Source of the DNA: Candidatus Woesebacteria bacterium
GTDB taxonomy: Bacteria > Patescibacteriota > Microgenomatia > UBA1400 > UBA12108
DNA length: 35,231 nt
Assembly: GCA_031972135.1 (NCBI GenBank)
Contig: DALYFH010000007.1
Coordinates: forward strand, 1-35,231
Direction: 5' to 3'
In this document: positions 8,857-17,377 of the stretch, piece after piece
Position numbering within the stretch: the first letter of the stretch is position 1
How the letters are laid out: each line of letters begins with the position of its first letter
Position numbers and translations under genes: made by a program
Notes under the pieces: generated by a model
Told to the model about the DNA's origin: nothing
The model's input: only the letters and a program-made list of their open reading frames with translations
Database searches by the model: none

Positions 8857-10062
8857 TTACCCTTTTTTATTCTTTGAGATTTTGAACTCTTGATAGACTG
8901 CGTCTAGCTGTTTGGCAATACCATCCCAACTATAGGAGCGTTTGACGACACTCCGACCTGCCTCACCAAGACGGGTCTGGAGAGCTTTATCTTTGAGCAG
9001 CTTGACAGTACTCGCTGCCAAATCATCGACAGTATCTGCGATCAAGACATTTTGACCATCCGTGAGCTCTATCCCCTCGGCAGCCAAGCTCGTGGCAACT
9101 ACTGGTGTGCCAGTGATCATGGCTTCGAGCACTTTATACCTAGTCCCCTTGCCGCTCCTGATTGGTGCTAGGAGCATGTGACTGGTCGCAAAAGCTTCGC
9201 GGATATCTTTGATGGCGCCTAGTACTTCGATTGAAGGATCAGTTGCATAAGACTGGATGTGAGGCGTAGGTGAAAATCCAACAATCTTGAGCTTGGCGGT
9301 CGGCAACTTGTTTTTGATAAGAGGCCAGATCTTGGTCACTATTTCTTCGACCGCCTCTTTATTGGGCAGCCATTTAAAGGTCCCGACAAAGAGGACTGTG
9401 GGATCTTTGGGGAGTTGCTTTTTGAGGGCAGAAAAATAGGCGAGGTCTACCCCATTGGCGACGACACTAGTATTAGTCTTGGTCCCCAACTCTTTTTCAA
9501 TAAACTGCTTATCTTCCTCGGACATGGTGATTAATTTGTCGGCCTTTTTCCAGTAATGTCGCTCCCAATACTTGATCTTGGCGACATCTATCGCGAGGAT
9601 TGGCCTAAGGAGTGGATGAGCTTTTTTCATGTAGTCCTGGTAACCCAGGTACTCAATTGTTTGCTCAGCAAGGATGATAGGAATCTTGGTATCGGGAATG
9701 TTCGGCATCATGTAAAAAGTCTCGGCATGGATTAGGTCATAAGCAGTGGTTGAGAGTTCTTTCTCAATTGCCGTAGCCATACCTAGCGGCAGATTGCGGG
9801 TCACCACAAATGGGTAAGCCGTAAAGCCAGCGAGGAGGATATTGCGCAATACGAAAGGATGACGAGTTCTTTTGAATAAGATTATTTTGCTACAGTATTT
9901 TTTGAGCTCTGCGAGATGTTCCCTTTCTGAATCTTCTTTGATCAAGGCAAAGAGTGTGATCTCGTGTTTGGTGCTTAAGGCTTTGAGGAGGTTGTAAGTC
10001 CTAATCTGACCCCCCGAGACCAGCGGGTACGGGAGATAAGGGGTTAACATGAGGATTTTCAT
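8857..10062 (-). CDS. glycosyltransferase, GT4
   Basis: Motifs: MKILMLTPYLPYPLVSGGQIRTYNLLKAL and GKGTRYKVLEAMITGTPVVATSLAAEGI. There is an ATGA start/stop overlap with the upstream gene at 10059..10062. Confidence 0.85.
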   Translation of the reverse strand: MKILMLTPYLPYPLVSGGQIRTYNLLKALSTKHEITLFALIKEDSEREHLAELKKYCSKIILFKRTRHPFVLRNILLAGFTAYPFVVTRNLPLGMATAIEKELSTTAYDLIHAETFYMMPNIPDTKIPIILAEQTIEYLGYQDYMKKAHPLLRPILAIDVAKIKYWERHYWKKADKLITMSEEDKQFIEKELGTKTNTSVVANGVDLAYFSALKKQLPKDPTVLFVGTFKWLPNKEAVEEIVTKIWPLIKNKLPTAKLKIVGFSPTPHIQSYATDPSIEVLGAIKDIREAFATSHMLLAPIRSGKGTRYKVLEAMITGTPVVATSLAAEGIELTDGQNVLIADTVDDLAASTVKLLKDKALQTRLGEAGRSVVKRSYSWDGIAKQLDAVYQEFKISKNKKG

Positions 10063-11477
10063 AGCTTAATTATGCTGTACTGATCGGTTTCTTCGACTAA
10101 AGTATACTTCTTTATTAACTCCTGATATTCGGCATCACGAGTGGTCGTGACATAGTAGCTAGCACCTGATTTTATTTTGAGATCTATATCCCCACCGATC
10201 GGCCAGCCAGTCCTATTAGTCTGAAAAAGGAAGGCGGTATCACCCATGTATGGCGCTATGACTTTGTCATCTGGCTGAGTTATTTTGTCGATCCGCTCAC
10301 CCGCTGCCACAATGGCTGGGTTATTAATATTAAAGTAACCTCTGACTTCGTACCAACCAAGAGCTAGAGCGATTAAGTAGCAAGGGACAAGTAAAGCGGT
10401 TAAGGTTATCTTTGATAGTAAAGTTTTTCTTAGTGAATAGACGTAGCTAACACCGACACCCATTATCATAGCTAAGCTCGGGATGATCTGGATCTGATAG
10501 TAATCGTGTTGAACGTTGCCGGTTGCGATAACTGTCATGTATAACAGGCTACCCAGTGCTAGGCCACCGACTATTGTAGTCTCAGATTTTTTCCTACCGA
10601 GACCGATAAGGCCAAACGCCAGTGGGATCATGCCCCAGTATCCGAGGATGAGACGGCCAATACGATCGCCAAAGAGCCATCTGAGCCAGGCTCCTTTGAA
10701 CCTAATCCCATTACCATTAAAGAGCCACGCGTTAGCAGGAATTCCTGCTGGATAGCTAGCCACGTAGCTGCGCCACCATGCATATGGCAAAACTGAGAGA
10801 GCACTAACTAACGCAACAATACCCAACCTCTTCAAGTTAACTTTGGTCCCAAATAGAGAGTAAAGCGCGATCGGTATTGCTACCACTAGCGCGGTTGGCT
10901 TCATGAGCACGGCTAAGGTTGTGGCTGCCGTATAGAGTAATAATGGGAGCACCCGACCAGTCTCGTAATAACGGATAAATGAGTAGAGCGCAGCGAGCAT
11001 AAAGAGGACTAGATGTGGCTCTGGGAGGATGACACGACCATAAAAAATGTTATAAGGGAGTGTCGCATAGACAAAAGCTGCAACTGTTGCCGCGAGGCTG
11101 CCACTAACATGCTTCATGATGAGATAAATTAGGCCGATCGAGATGGACGAAGCTATCACTGAGAGAAATCTACCCCACTCCACTAGACTGAGTGCAGGAT
11201 AGTTTTTGGCGAGTGTGGCATGTAGCGCGCTAATGATCGGGAACTCAACAAAACGATGACCCTCGGGATTGTCGAGACCTGACGGGATACTACTAAGATC
11301 ATGATAGGTCGGATGGAGTAGGTCGATCCCCTTTTTAACATATTCCCTGGCGACGCTCGCCGTATCAGTCTGGCGCCAACTGTGCCAGTCGGCTAAGGGG
11401 GCATCGAGACGATACAATCTGAGGGTAGCACCGAGTATTATGATCAAAAAGATCAAAATAGAGTTTAGTTTTTTCAC
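10059..11477 (-). CDS. polytopic membrane glycosyltransferase, GT-C fold (ArnT/PMT-like, COG1807 type)
   Basis: About 12 hydrophobic segments. The N-terminal region is GATLRLYRLDAPLADWHSWRQTDTASVAREY, typical of this family. A soluble C-terminal domain follows. The start is GTG at 11477, directly abutting the upstream TAA. Confidence 0.72.
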   Translation of the reverse strand: MKKLNSILIFLIIILGATLRLYRLDAPLADWHSWRQTDTASVAREYVKKGIDLLHPTYHDLSSIPSGLDNPEGHRFVEFPIISALHATLAKNYPALSLVEWGRFLSVIASSISIGLIYLIMKHVSGSLAATVAAFVYATLPYNIFYGRVILPEPHLVLFMLAALYSFIRYYETGRVLPLLLYTAATTLAVLMKPTALVVAIPIALYSLFGTKVNLKRLGIVALVSALSVLPYAWWRSYVASYPAGIPANAWLFNGNGIRFKGAWLRWLFGDRIGRLILGYWGMIPLAFGLIGLGRKKSETTIVGGLALGSLLYMTVIATGNVQHDYYQIQIIPSLAMIMGVGVSYVYSLRKTLLSKITLTALLVPCYLIALALGWYEVRGYFNINNPAIVAAGERIDKITQPDDKVIAPYMGDTAFLFQTNRTGWPIGGDIDLKIKSGASYYVTTTRDAEYQELIKKYTLVEETDQYSIIKL

Positions 11478-13139
11478 TTATTTTTTCTCCTTAAGTTTGG
11501 CCAAGTTGTCAAAGCGATATGCGACCATACCGGCCAACATCCAGTAGGTATAGGCGACTTTGCTGCTCTCAAAAATGTCGATGTAGGTAGCAGTCACGAG
11601 TAGTGCGACTGTAGCTCCGATTGCCCCGAGTGCGAGGAGATCTACTTTGTCATTACTAGATTTGAGGATGAGGTAGCTATATCTGATGACTAGGTAGATG
11701 GTAGCCAGGAAGGCGATCGTACCTAGTAGCCCAGTCTCTCCGAGCATTCGCAGATAGTCGTTATCTGTACTTTCGGCATAGGTAAACTCACCGACGTTAC
11801 TTTTAACTAATGTTGCGTAGCCTGTACCCAGGATCGGGTTGGTCATAAAACCTCGAATAGCATTAGGCCAGAGAACATCTAACCTGATACCCATGGATAG
11901 GCCGTATTTGAGAGCGTTGGCGCTGTACTGTGGTCCGGTATATTCCCGCCCTTCATCTTCGGCAGTCTGGACTCTAATCGACTCAGATTCCTCACTCACG
12001 TCGGTCGGGAGATCAGAACGAGGTGTAGGAGTAGGCTTGACTGGACTCGGTGGCATATCGGAGCTTGAGGCGACGATATCAAGCTGCGTTTTTTCGGCGT
12101 CGGTTAGATCGATGGTTTTGAGTTGTTTGTTGTTAAAAATAAACGCGAGGAGACTAGGCAATTCTGCAACTGTGTCCTTGCCCTGTGGCTCACTCACAAA
12201 TGGTTGATTGATTATTTTTTGGAGAGTGAGGATAGTATCGCGGGTTTTTTGATCAGGAATAACCTGGGTAAACCGCTCAAGGAGCGTGCTAAAGCTAAAC
12301 ATGATAAGGAGACTCATAAACATAGTGAGGACGTAGTGCCTAATGCTCCACCACCAGCCACGATATTTGACTAAGAGGTAACAAATAATAGTGGTGGCAA
12401 CTAGATAGCCAATGAATGAAGTACGTGAGGTTGTTAAGACTAAGCACCAATACGCAATGACACTGAGGGTATATAGCCCAATTTTGGCGAGCTTCTTTTT
12501 GGCTAAGTACGCAGCTGGCAAGACAAAGCTTAGGGCGATAGTTAAGTAACCCGCAAGATCATAGTGACCACCAAAAGTACTAAAGAGACGAGTGTTGGGC
12601 TGCAGATAGAGCCTCACACCTTTGCTAAACTCACGATTCATCGTCGAGAATGCAGGGAAGTAAAAGTACTTTTGACCTATACCATAGAGGACTATGCCGA
12701 TTGTTGTTATAAGAGCGACTTTTAAGAAGAGTGAGAGATCTTTTTTAGATCTAATAGCACTGTAGGTTATAAAGAAGAGGGCAAAGTATTCGATACGGCG
12801 GAAGTAATGCAGGATCAGCTTGAGTACATGAGCCTTCTCCAGGGGAGTAGACTCAGTAATAAAGAGTGATGAGAGAACAGAAAGAAGAGCAAAACCAAGA
12901 TATGCGAGGATCGTGACAGTGAGATAATTTTTTGGCAGACTTACCCGTCGCCTAAGGAGCTGCACCAGCCAGAGCAGACTAGTTGCCATTACAACCAGAT
13001 CTTCGAGGCGCATACGTACGATGTAGCCTTGGATGAGCTCGGCCATCGGGATCTTGGGATACAGAGGAATAAATACTATCAAAAATCCAGTGAGGACAGT
13101 GAGGAGATTATTGTCTAACCAGGCTAAGATGCGCCGCAT
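11478..13139 (-). CDS. Wzy_C-domain membrane protein (O-antigen ligase/polymerase-like)
   Basis: Polytopic. Motifs: LTTSRTSFIGYLVATTI, NPILGTGYATL and STDNDYLRMLGETGLLG, resembling the Wzy_C / O-antigen ligase family. A ~130-aa soluble loop contains a Pro/Thr/acid-rich stretch. Confidence 0.72.
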   Translation of the reverse strand: MRRILAWLDNNLLTVLTGFLIVFIPLYPKIPMAELIQGYIVRMRLEDLVVMATSLLWLVQLLRRRVSLPKNYLTVTILAYLGFALLSVLSSLFITESTPLEKAHVLKLILHYFRRIEYFALFFITYSAIRSKKDLSLFLKVALITTIGIVLYGIGQKYFYFPAFSTMNREFSKGVRLYLQPNTRLFSTFGGHYDLAGYLTIALSFVLPAAYLAKKKLAKIGLYTLSVIAYWCLVLTTSRTSFIGYLVATTIICYLLVKYRGWWWSIRHYVLTMFMSLLIMFSFSTLLERFTQVIPDQKTRDTILTLQKIINQPFVSEPQGKDTVAELPSLLAFIFNNKQLKTIDLTDAEKTQLDIVASSSDMPPSPVKPTPTPRSDLPTDVSEESESIRVQTAEDEGREYTGPQYSANALKYGLSMGIRLDVLWPNAIRGFMTNPILGTGYATLVKSNVGEFTYAESTDNDYLRMLGETGLLGTIAFLATIYLVIRYSYLILKSSNDKVDLLALGAIGATVALLVTATYIDIFESSKVAYTYWMLAGMVAYRFDNLAKLKEKK

Positions 13140-13144
13140 ACGGT

Positions 13145-14077
13145 TTATTGTACCCGGCCCTGCTTGGCTTGTCCAAGGTAAGAGAGGTATTGTCTAGCAC
13201 TACTACGGCGAGATGGGATGAGACTAAAGAGGATTATGCGTAGGATTACCCCAATACTAATAACTATTTTGATTGCCCAGGTAAGCTTGGGGGAGTGGAG
13301 ATTGTAAAAAGTAATGATGCCGTCTAGCTCTGAAAGTAGGCGGGAAGTATTGGCTGCGTCCGAGCTATACGAGCCGAGGTGTGTGACAACTACCGAGGGT
13401 AGTAGTCGTAGCATTTGATTAGGATATTTCTTTTTTAAGCGATAAAAGAGTTCTACTTCTTCGCCGTACATAAAGATAGTCTCGTCAAACCCAGAAACAC
13501 TCTGATAAGCGGATTTGCGTAAGAGTACACAGGCACCCATGAGCCACTCTGGAGAGAGATCACTCTTATATTTGGATACGTCATAAAAATGGTATGGGGT
13601 TGGAAATAAAGTCTTTATGAGTGGGAGTTTATCTAGTCCCCACATCCACCCGACCACCCTCAAGGGTGTCGGAAAATAGCCGAGTGACTGCTGGAGGTTG
13701 CCGTCCTGATATGCGAGCATTGGGGCTACTGCGAGCAAATTTTGATTATTTTGTAAAAAATCGAGTAACCTGGAGAGTGAATCAGGCTCTAAGAAAGCGT
13801 CAGTGTTTAAGAGGAGTATATAGTCCCCTTTTGCATTTGAGACCCCTAGATTGTTGCCTCCGCCAAAACCGAGATTCTTCTTACTACTAATCACTTTGAT
13901 ATCTGGATAAGAACTACTCAGGAGTTGGGCTGTGTTGTCAGAGCTATTATTATCTACGACTATAATTTCTAGTTGGGTTTTGGCTAGACCCTTACTCTCT
14001 ATTACTTTTTTTACGCATTTTAGAGTAAGACTAGCGGTGTTGTAGGAGACAATAATAACTGATACTAGTTTGTTCAT
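13145..14077 (-). CDS. glycosyltransferase, GT2
   Basis: Motifs: VSVIIVSYNTASLTLKCVKKV...IIVVDNNSSDNT, GFGGGNNLG and LLLNTDA. There is a C-terminal TM segment (IKIVISIGVILRIILFSLI). An ATGA overlap lies at 14074..14077. Confidence 0.85.
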   Translation of the reverse strand: MNKLVSVIIVSYNTASLTLKCVKKVIESKGLAKTQLEIIVVDNNSSDNTAQLLSSSYPDIKVISSKKNLGFGGGNNLGVSNAKGDYILLLNTDAFLEPDSLSRLLDFLQNNQNLLAVAPMLAYQDGNLQQSLGYFPTPLRVVGWMWGLDKLPLIKTLFPTPYHFYDVSKYKSDLSPEWLMGACVLLRKSAYQSVSGFDETIFMYGEEVELFYRLKKKYPNQMLRLLPSVVVTHLGSYSSDAANTSRLLSELDGIITFYNLHSPKLTWAIKIVISIGVILRIILFSLIPSRRSSARQYLSYLGQAKQGRVQ

Positions 14078-14682
14078 TGGAAGAGTTTGAAACGGCCTAA
14101 GCGGTAATTGGCAGCTTTTAGCTTACGCTCCCCTATTACTTTGGCTGGAACGCCGCCCACTATTTCGCCGTCACCTACATCTTTGGTAACTACAGCGCCT
14201 GCCCCGACCACGGCTCGATCACCGATAGTTACACCTGGGAGGATAATGGAGCGTGGACCGATAAAGACGTAATCACCGATTTTGACTGGTTCACTCACGG
14301 CACGAAAGTCGGCAGCCGATAGATCATGTTCACTGCTGTAGATCATCGCCTCACTGGCGATACTAGTATGACTGCCAATTGAGACCTTATCTCGCCCATC
14401 AATAAAAACACCTCGACCGATTATGGTCCCTTCTCCTACCTGGATATTGCGCGGATCGTACACTCTTACTCCAGTATGGAGAGTTGAGCTCTTACCTATT
14501 TTGATGCCGACACTACGCCATATAAAGTTACGGAGAGAGTGGCTGGGGGTAAGGGTAGTTACATCTAAGCACATGAGAGTAAAGTCGAGGAGGTATGACT
14601 CTAGTCGAGGGATTGCTTTACCAAAAAAGGCTTCGCTCCAGGTATAACTTTTGCCGTGTTTGTCTTTGAGGGGAAAGTTCAT
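14074..14682 (-). CDS. hexapeptide-repeat (left-handed beta-helix) O-acetyltransferase, WcaF/maltose-acetyltransferase-like
   Basis: Repeated [LIV]-G-x4 hexapeptides: IKIGKSSTLHTGVRVY...VGEGTIIGRGVFIDG...VKIGDYVFIGPRSIILPGVTIGDRAVVGAGAVVTKDV...GGVPAKVI. Confidence 0.85.
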   Translation of the reverse strand: MNFPLKDKHGKSYTWSEAFFGKAIPRLESYLLDFTLMCLDVTTLTPSHSLRNFIWRSVGIKIGKSSTLHTGVRVYDPRNIQVGEGTIIGRGVFIDGRDKVSIGSHTSIASEAMIYSSEHDLSAADFRAVSEPVKIGDYVFIGPRSIILPGVTIGDRAVVGAGAVVTKDVGDGEIVGGVPAKVIGERKLKAANYRLGRFKLFQ

Positions 14683-14686
14683 AATC

Positions 14687-15193
14687 TTATTCTACCGCAC
14701 CGTACCCAAAGATGGGTAGATTGAGGGGGTTTAGGAAATGTTTTTTGTACAGTTTGAGTGTCAGAGCATGGTCAAAGGCGATTTCATCGTCTGGAGGGAG
14801 ATTATCCAGATCAAACCAACGCAGCTCTCTCACTTCTTCGTCAATGACTTGTACTTGGCTAACTACTTTTGCCAAGTAGACAAAATCTATATTTTGACGA
14901 TCTTCTTTGGGGCGAAGAGGATTATCGTTTATGCAGAATAATGATACTTCATCTATTGTCCAGCCGGATTCTTCCATTACTTCACGTCTGACAGACTCCA
15001 ATATAGTTTCGTCACGATCTACAAATCCACCGAGTAGACCCCATTTTCCGCTTTCTAGTATTGGTACGCCATTTTTAGAACCTCGCAAACACATTATTAC
15101 CTGATTCTTATCATTCAAAATAATGTTAGAGGTAGTGACATGCCTGATACCAGGACTGGCAATGTTACCATTTTCGAACGTACAGCTGATCAT
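14687..15193 (-). CDS. Nudix hydrolase
   Basis: The Nudix box GGFVDRDETILESVRREVMEESGW fits GX5EX7REUXEEXGU. The substrate is not deducible from sequence. An ATGA overlap lies at 15190..15193. Confidence 0.85.
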   Translation of the reverse strand: MISCTFENGNIASPGIRHVTTSNIILNDKNQVIMCLRGSKNGVPILESGKWGLLGGFVDRDETILESVRREVMEESGWTIDEVSLFCINDNPLRPKEDRQNIDFVYLAKVVSQVQVIDEEVRELRWFDLDNLPPDDEIAFDHALTLKLYKKHFLNPLNLPIFGYGAVE

Positions 15194-16296
15194 AATTCTC
15201 CTGCTAGTACTTTAAGAGTTTCTTTTGCACATTTGTCCCAAGAGAACTGTTTGGCTCTCTCGAGAGATTTTTTGGACCATCCCACGCGATCTTTTTTGAG
15301 TTCTAGAATAGCCTGGGCAATGCTCGCAGGATCACGCTCGTCAAACAAGATTCCAGCGCTCCCCACTACCTCGGGCAGACTACTATTATTAGCGACAGCA
15401 ACAGGTGCGCCGCACCCCATCGCTTCGATTGCTGGCACGCCAAAACCCTCATACAGTGATGGCAAGACATAGACGTCGGCCCAGCGATAGAGCGCGAGGC
15501 GCGTCTCGTCGCTCACATAACCAGTCATGACTATATCTTTGGCATCTTGCGAGTTTTTGATAACCTCCAGTGACTCTTCGGACATCCAGCCAATCTTGCC
15601 GGCCAAGACCAACTTGCCTTTGTACCCCTTTTCTCTCAGGAGCCGGAAGGCCTGAACAAGTTTTATGGCATTTTTGCGAGGCTGGATGGTACCGAGGAAT
15701 AGTATGTAGTTGAAAGTTGAAAGTTGAAAGTTATCAATTATGTCTGATCTTATTTTTGTTTTAGTATTAAAAATATCTGAGTCGTAGCCATTGTGAATGA
15801 CAGTAATTTTGTCAGGATCTGTACCATAGAGCTTGACCAGATCGTCTTTGGTAGCCTGGGAAACGGCTATCACACGAGCCGCTGCCTTTACTGCTGCACG
15901 ACTCCAGTTCTTTAGTTTGTATAGATCGCTCTTTAGAAACAAATCAGGGAAGTACTCATAGGCTAGGTCATGGATTGTGACTACTGAAGGGCTACCAACA
16001 TAGTAAGGAGCATTGTGGGCGGGCGACCAGAATGAGTGATAGTGGGCGCGGGTGAGAAGTAGATTAAGCGGGAGTCCTATCCTCAGCCATGCCCGTGCTG
16101 GGCCTACTTGGTGATAGCGCCAGTTAGGACCCTCTGCTTCCATGTCATCCATTAATGGATCACGATGGTAGAGATGAAAATCTGTCTCTGGAGAGAGTTT
16201 TTTTAGTCTCTTTAGAATATGGTAGGTGTACTGCCCAGTCCCCACTCTATTTTTGACATTCGCTTCGTTTACATCAATTCCGATAGTTTTACGCAT
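15190..16296 (-). CDS. glycosyltransferase, GT4
   Basis: Motifs: PSLYEGFGVPAIEAMGCGAPVAVANNSSLPEVVGSAGILFD and a C-terminal QFSWDK. It is a paralogue of the next gene upstream. Confidence 0.88.
   Translation of the reverse strand: MRKTIGIDVNEANVKNRVGTGQYTYHILKRLKKLSPETDFHLYHRDPLMDDMEAEGPNWRYHQVGPARAWLRIGLPLNLLLTRAHYHSFWSPAHNAPYYVGSPSVVTIHDLAYEYFPDLFLKSDLYKLKNWSRAAVKAAARVIAVSQATKDDLVKLYGTDPDKITVIHNGYDSDIFNTKTKIRSDIIDNFQLSTFNYILFLGTIQPRKNAIKLVQAFRLLREKGYKGKLVLAGKIGWMSEESLEVIKNSQDAKDIVMTGYVSDETRLALYRWADVYVLPSLYEGFGVPAIEAMGCGAPVAVANNSSLPEVVGSAGILFDERDPASIAQAILELKKDRVGWSKKSLERAKQFSWDKCAKETLKVLAGEL
15709..15732. repeat. heptanucleotide tandem repeat GTTGAAA x3 plus a partial GTT, inside the GT4 CDS
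   Basis: Read directly: GTTGAAA GTTGAAA GTTGAAA GTT. It encodes NFQLSTFN on the minus strand, matching the track protein ...IIDNFQLSTFNYILF.... Confidence 0.7.
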
Positions 16297-17377
16297 GTGT
16301 GCCTAGTTTCTCATAAATACTCATAACTTGGGTAGCAGTATTATCCCAACTAAACTTTTTGGCTTGTCGAATACCTTTTTTGATCATGTTTTCACTCGAC
16401 TCTAACGATTGATCAATTCCAGACTTAATAGCTTCAATACTTAGTGGATCAACCAAGACCGCAGCCTCACCTGTCACCTCGGGCAGCGAGCTGATATTGC
16501 TAGTTACTACGGGTGTACCACAAGCCATAGCTTCGAGGACGGGGAATCCAAACCCTTCGTAGAGTGATGGGTAACAAAAGACTGTAGCACTACTGTAGAG
16601 TGCAGGTAGATCTGTTTCCTCAACAAAACCAAGCACAGTTACGTGACTAGGATTCTCGATTTTTTTGCCCCATCCGTACTTGCCTGCAATAACTAGCGGT
16701 AGAGAATGGTTGGTTGTTGCCGTAATTAGCCTCTCTAGGTTTTTACGAGGTTCCTGAGTACCGAGGCAGAGGATAAATTTTGCAGGCAGATTATATTTAC
16801 TTTTCACTCGTTCTATTTCTTCTACTGATCTAGGGCAATATTCTGTACTCAAACCTGGATATACTACATCAATTAATGAATCGTTGAGTTGATATTTTTC
16901 TATGAGATCATTTTTTGTACTCATTGAATCAGCGATGATGTGGTTGCCATGTTTAACTATGCGCGAGAGTCGTAGTGATTGAGTGTGTCTAATCAGAGGA
17001 TGTACTGTCTCTGGATACTTGGAGTAAGCAAGATCGTGGATAGTAGTCACTGTTGGGACACGAGTAACTGGGGCTGTCCAGTCAGAGAGATGGATTAGAT
17101 CTGTCTCACCACTTAGGTATTCGAGGTGCAAGGGAGAGTAGTTAAAGAGCACACCTGCTAGTTTGGGTGAGAGATGTGAATATATCCAGGTAGCTTTGTT
17201 CCAGGGTGCTGTTTTTTGCAGACCCTCAAAATAGAAGCGTTGTTTGCGTACCCCAGCCCAGAGGATAAACTCATGTTTACTGGGCTGGCTCAAGAGTGCT
17301 TTGACTAGTTCAAAAGTATACCTGCCTACGCCGGTACCCGAATAAGCCATTTGTGAAACGTCAATTGTTATTTTCAT
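16289..17377 (-). CDS. glycosyltransferase, GT4
   Basis: Motifs: PSLYEGFGFPVLEAMACGTPVVTSNISSLPEVTGEAAVLVD and a C-terminal KFSWDN. Confidence 0.88.
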   Translation of the reverse strand: MKITIDVSQMAYSGTGVGRYTFELVKALLSQPSKHEFILWAGVRKQRFYFEGLQKTAPWNKATWIYSHLSPKLAGVLFNYSPLHLEYLSGETDLIHLSDWTAPVTRVPTVTTIHDLAYSKYPETVHPLIRHTQSLRLSRIVKHGNHIIADSMSTKNDLIEKYQLNDSLIDVVYPGLSTEYCPRSVEEIERVKSKYNLPAKFILCLGTQEPRKNLERLITATTNHSLPLVIAGKYGWGKKIENPSHVTVLGFVEETDLPALYSSATVFCYPSLYEGFGFPVLEAMACGTPVVTSNISSLPEVTGEAAVLVDPLSIEAIKSGIDQSLESSENMIKKGIRQAKKFSWDNTATQVMSIYEKLGTHA

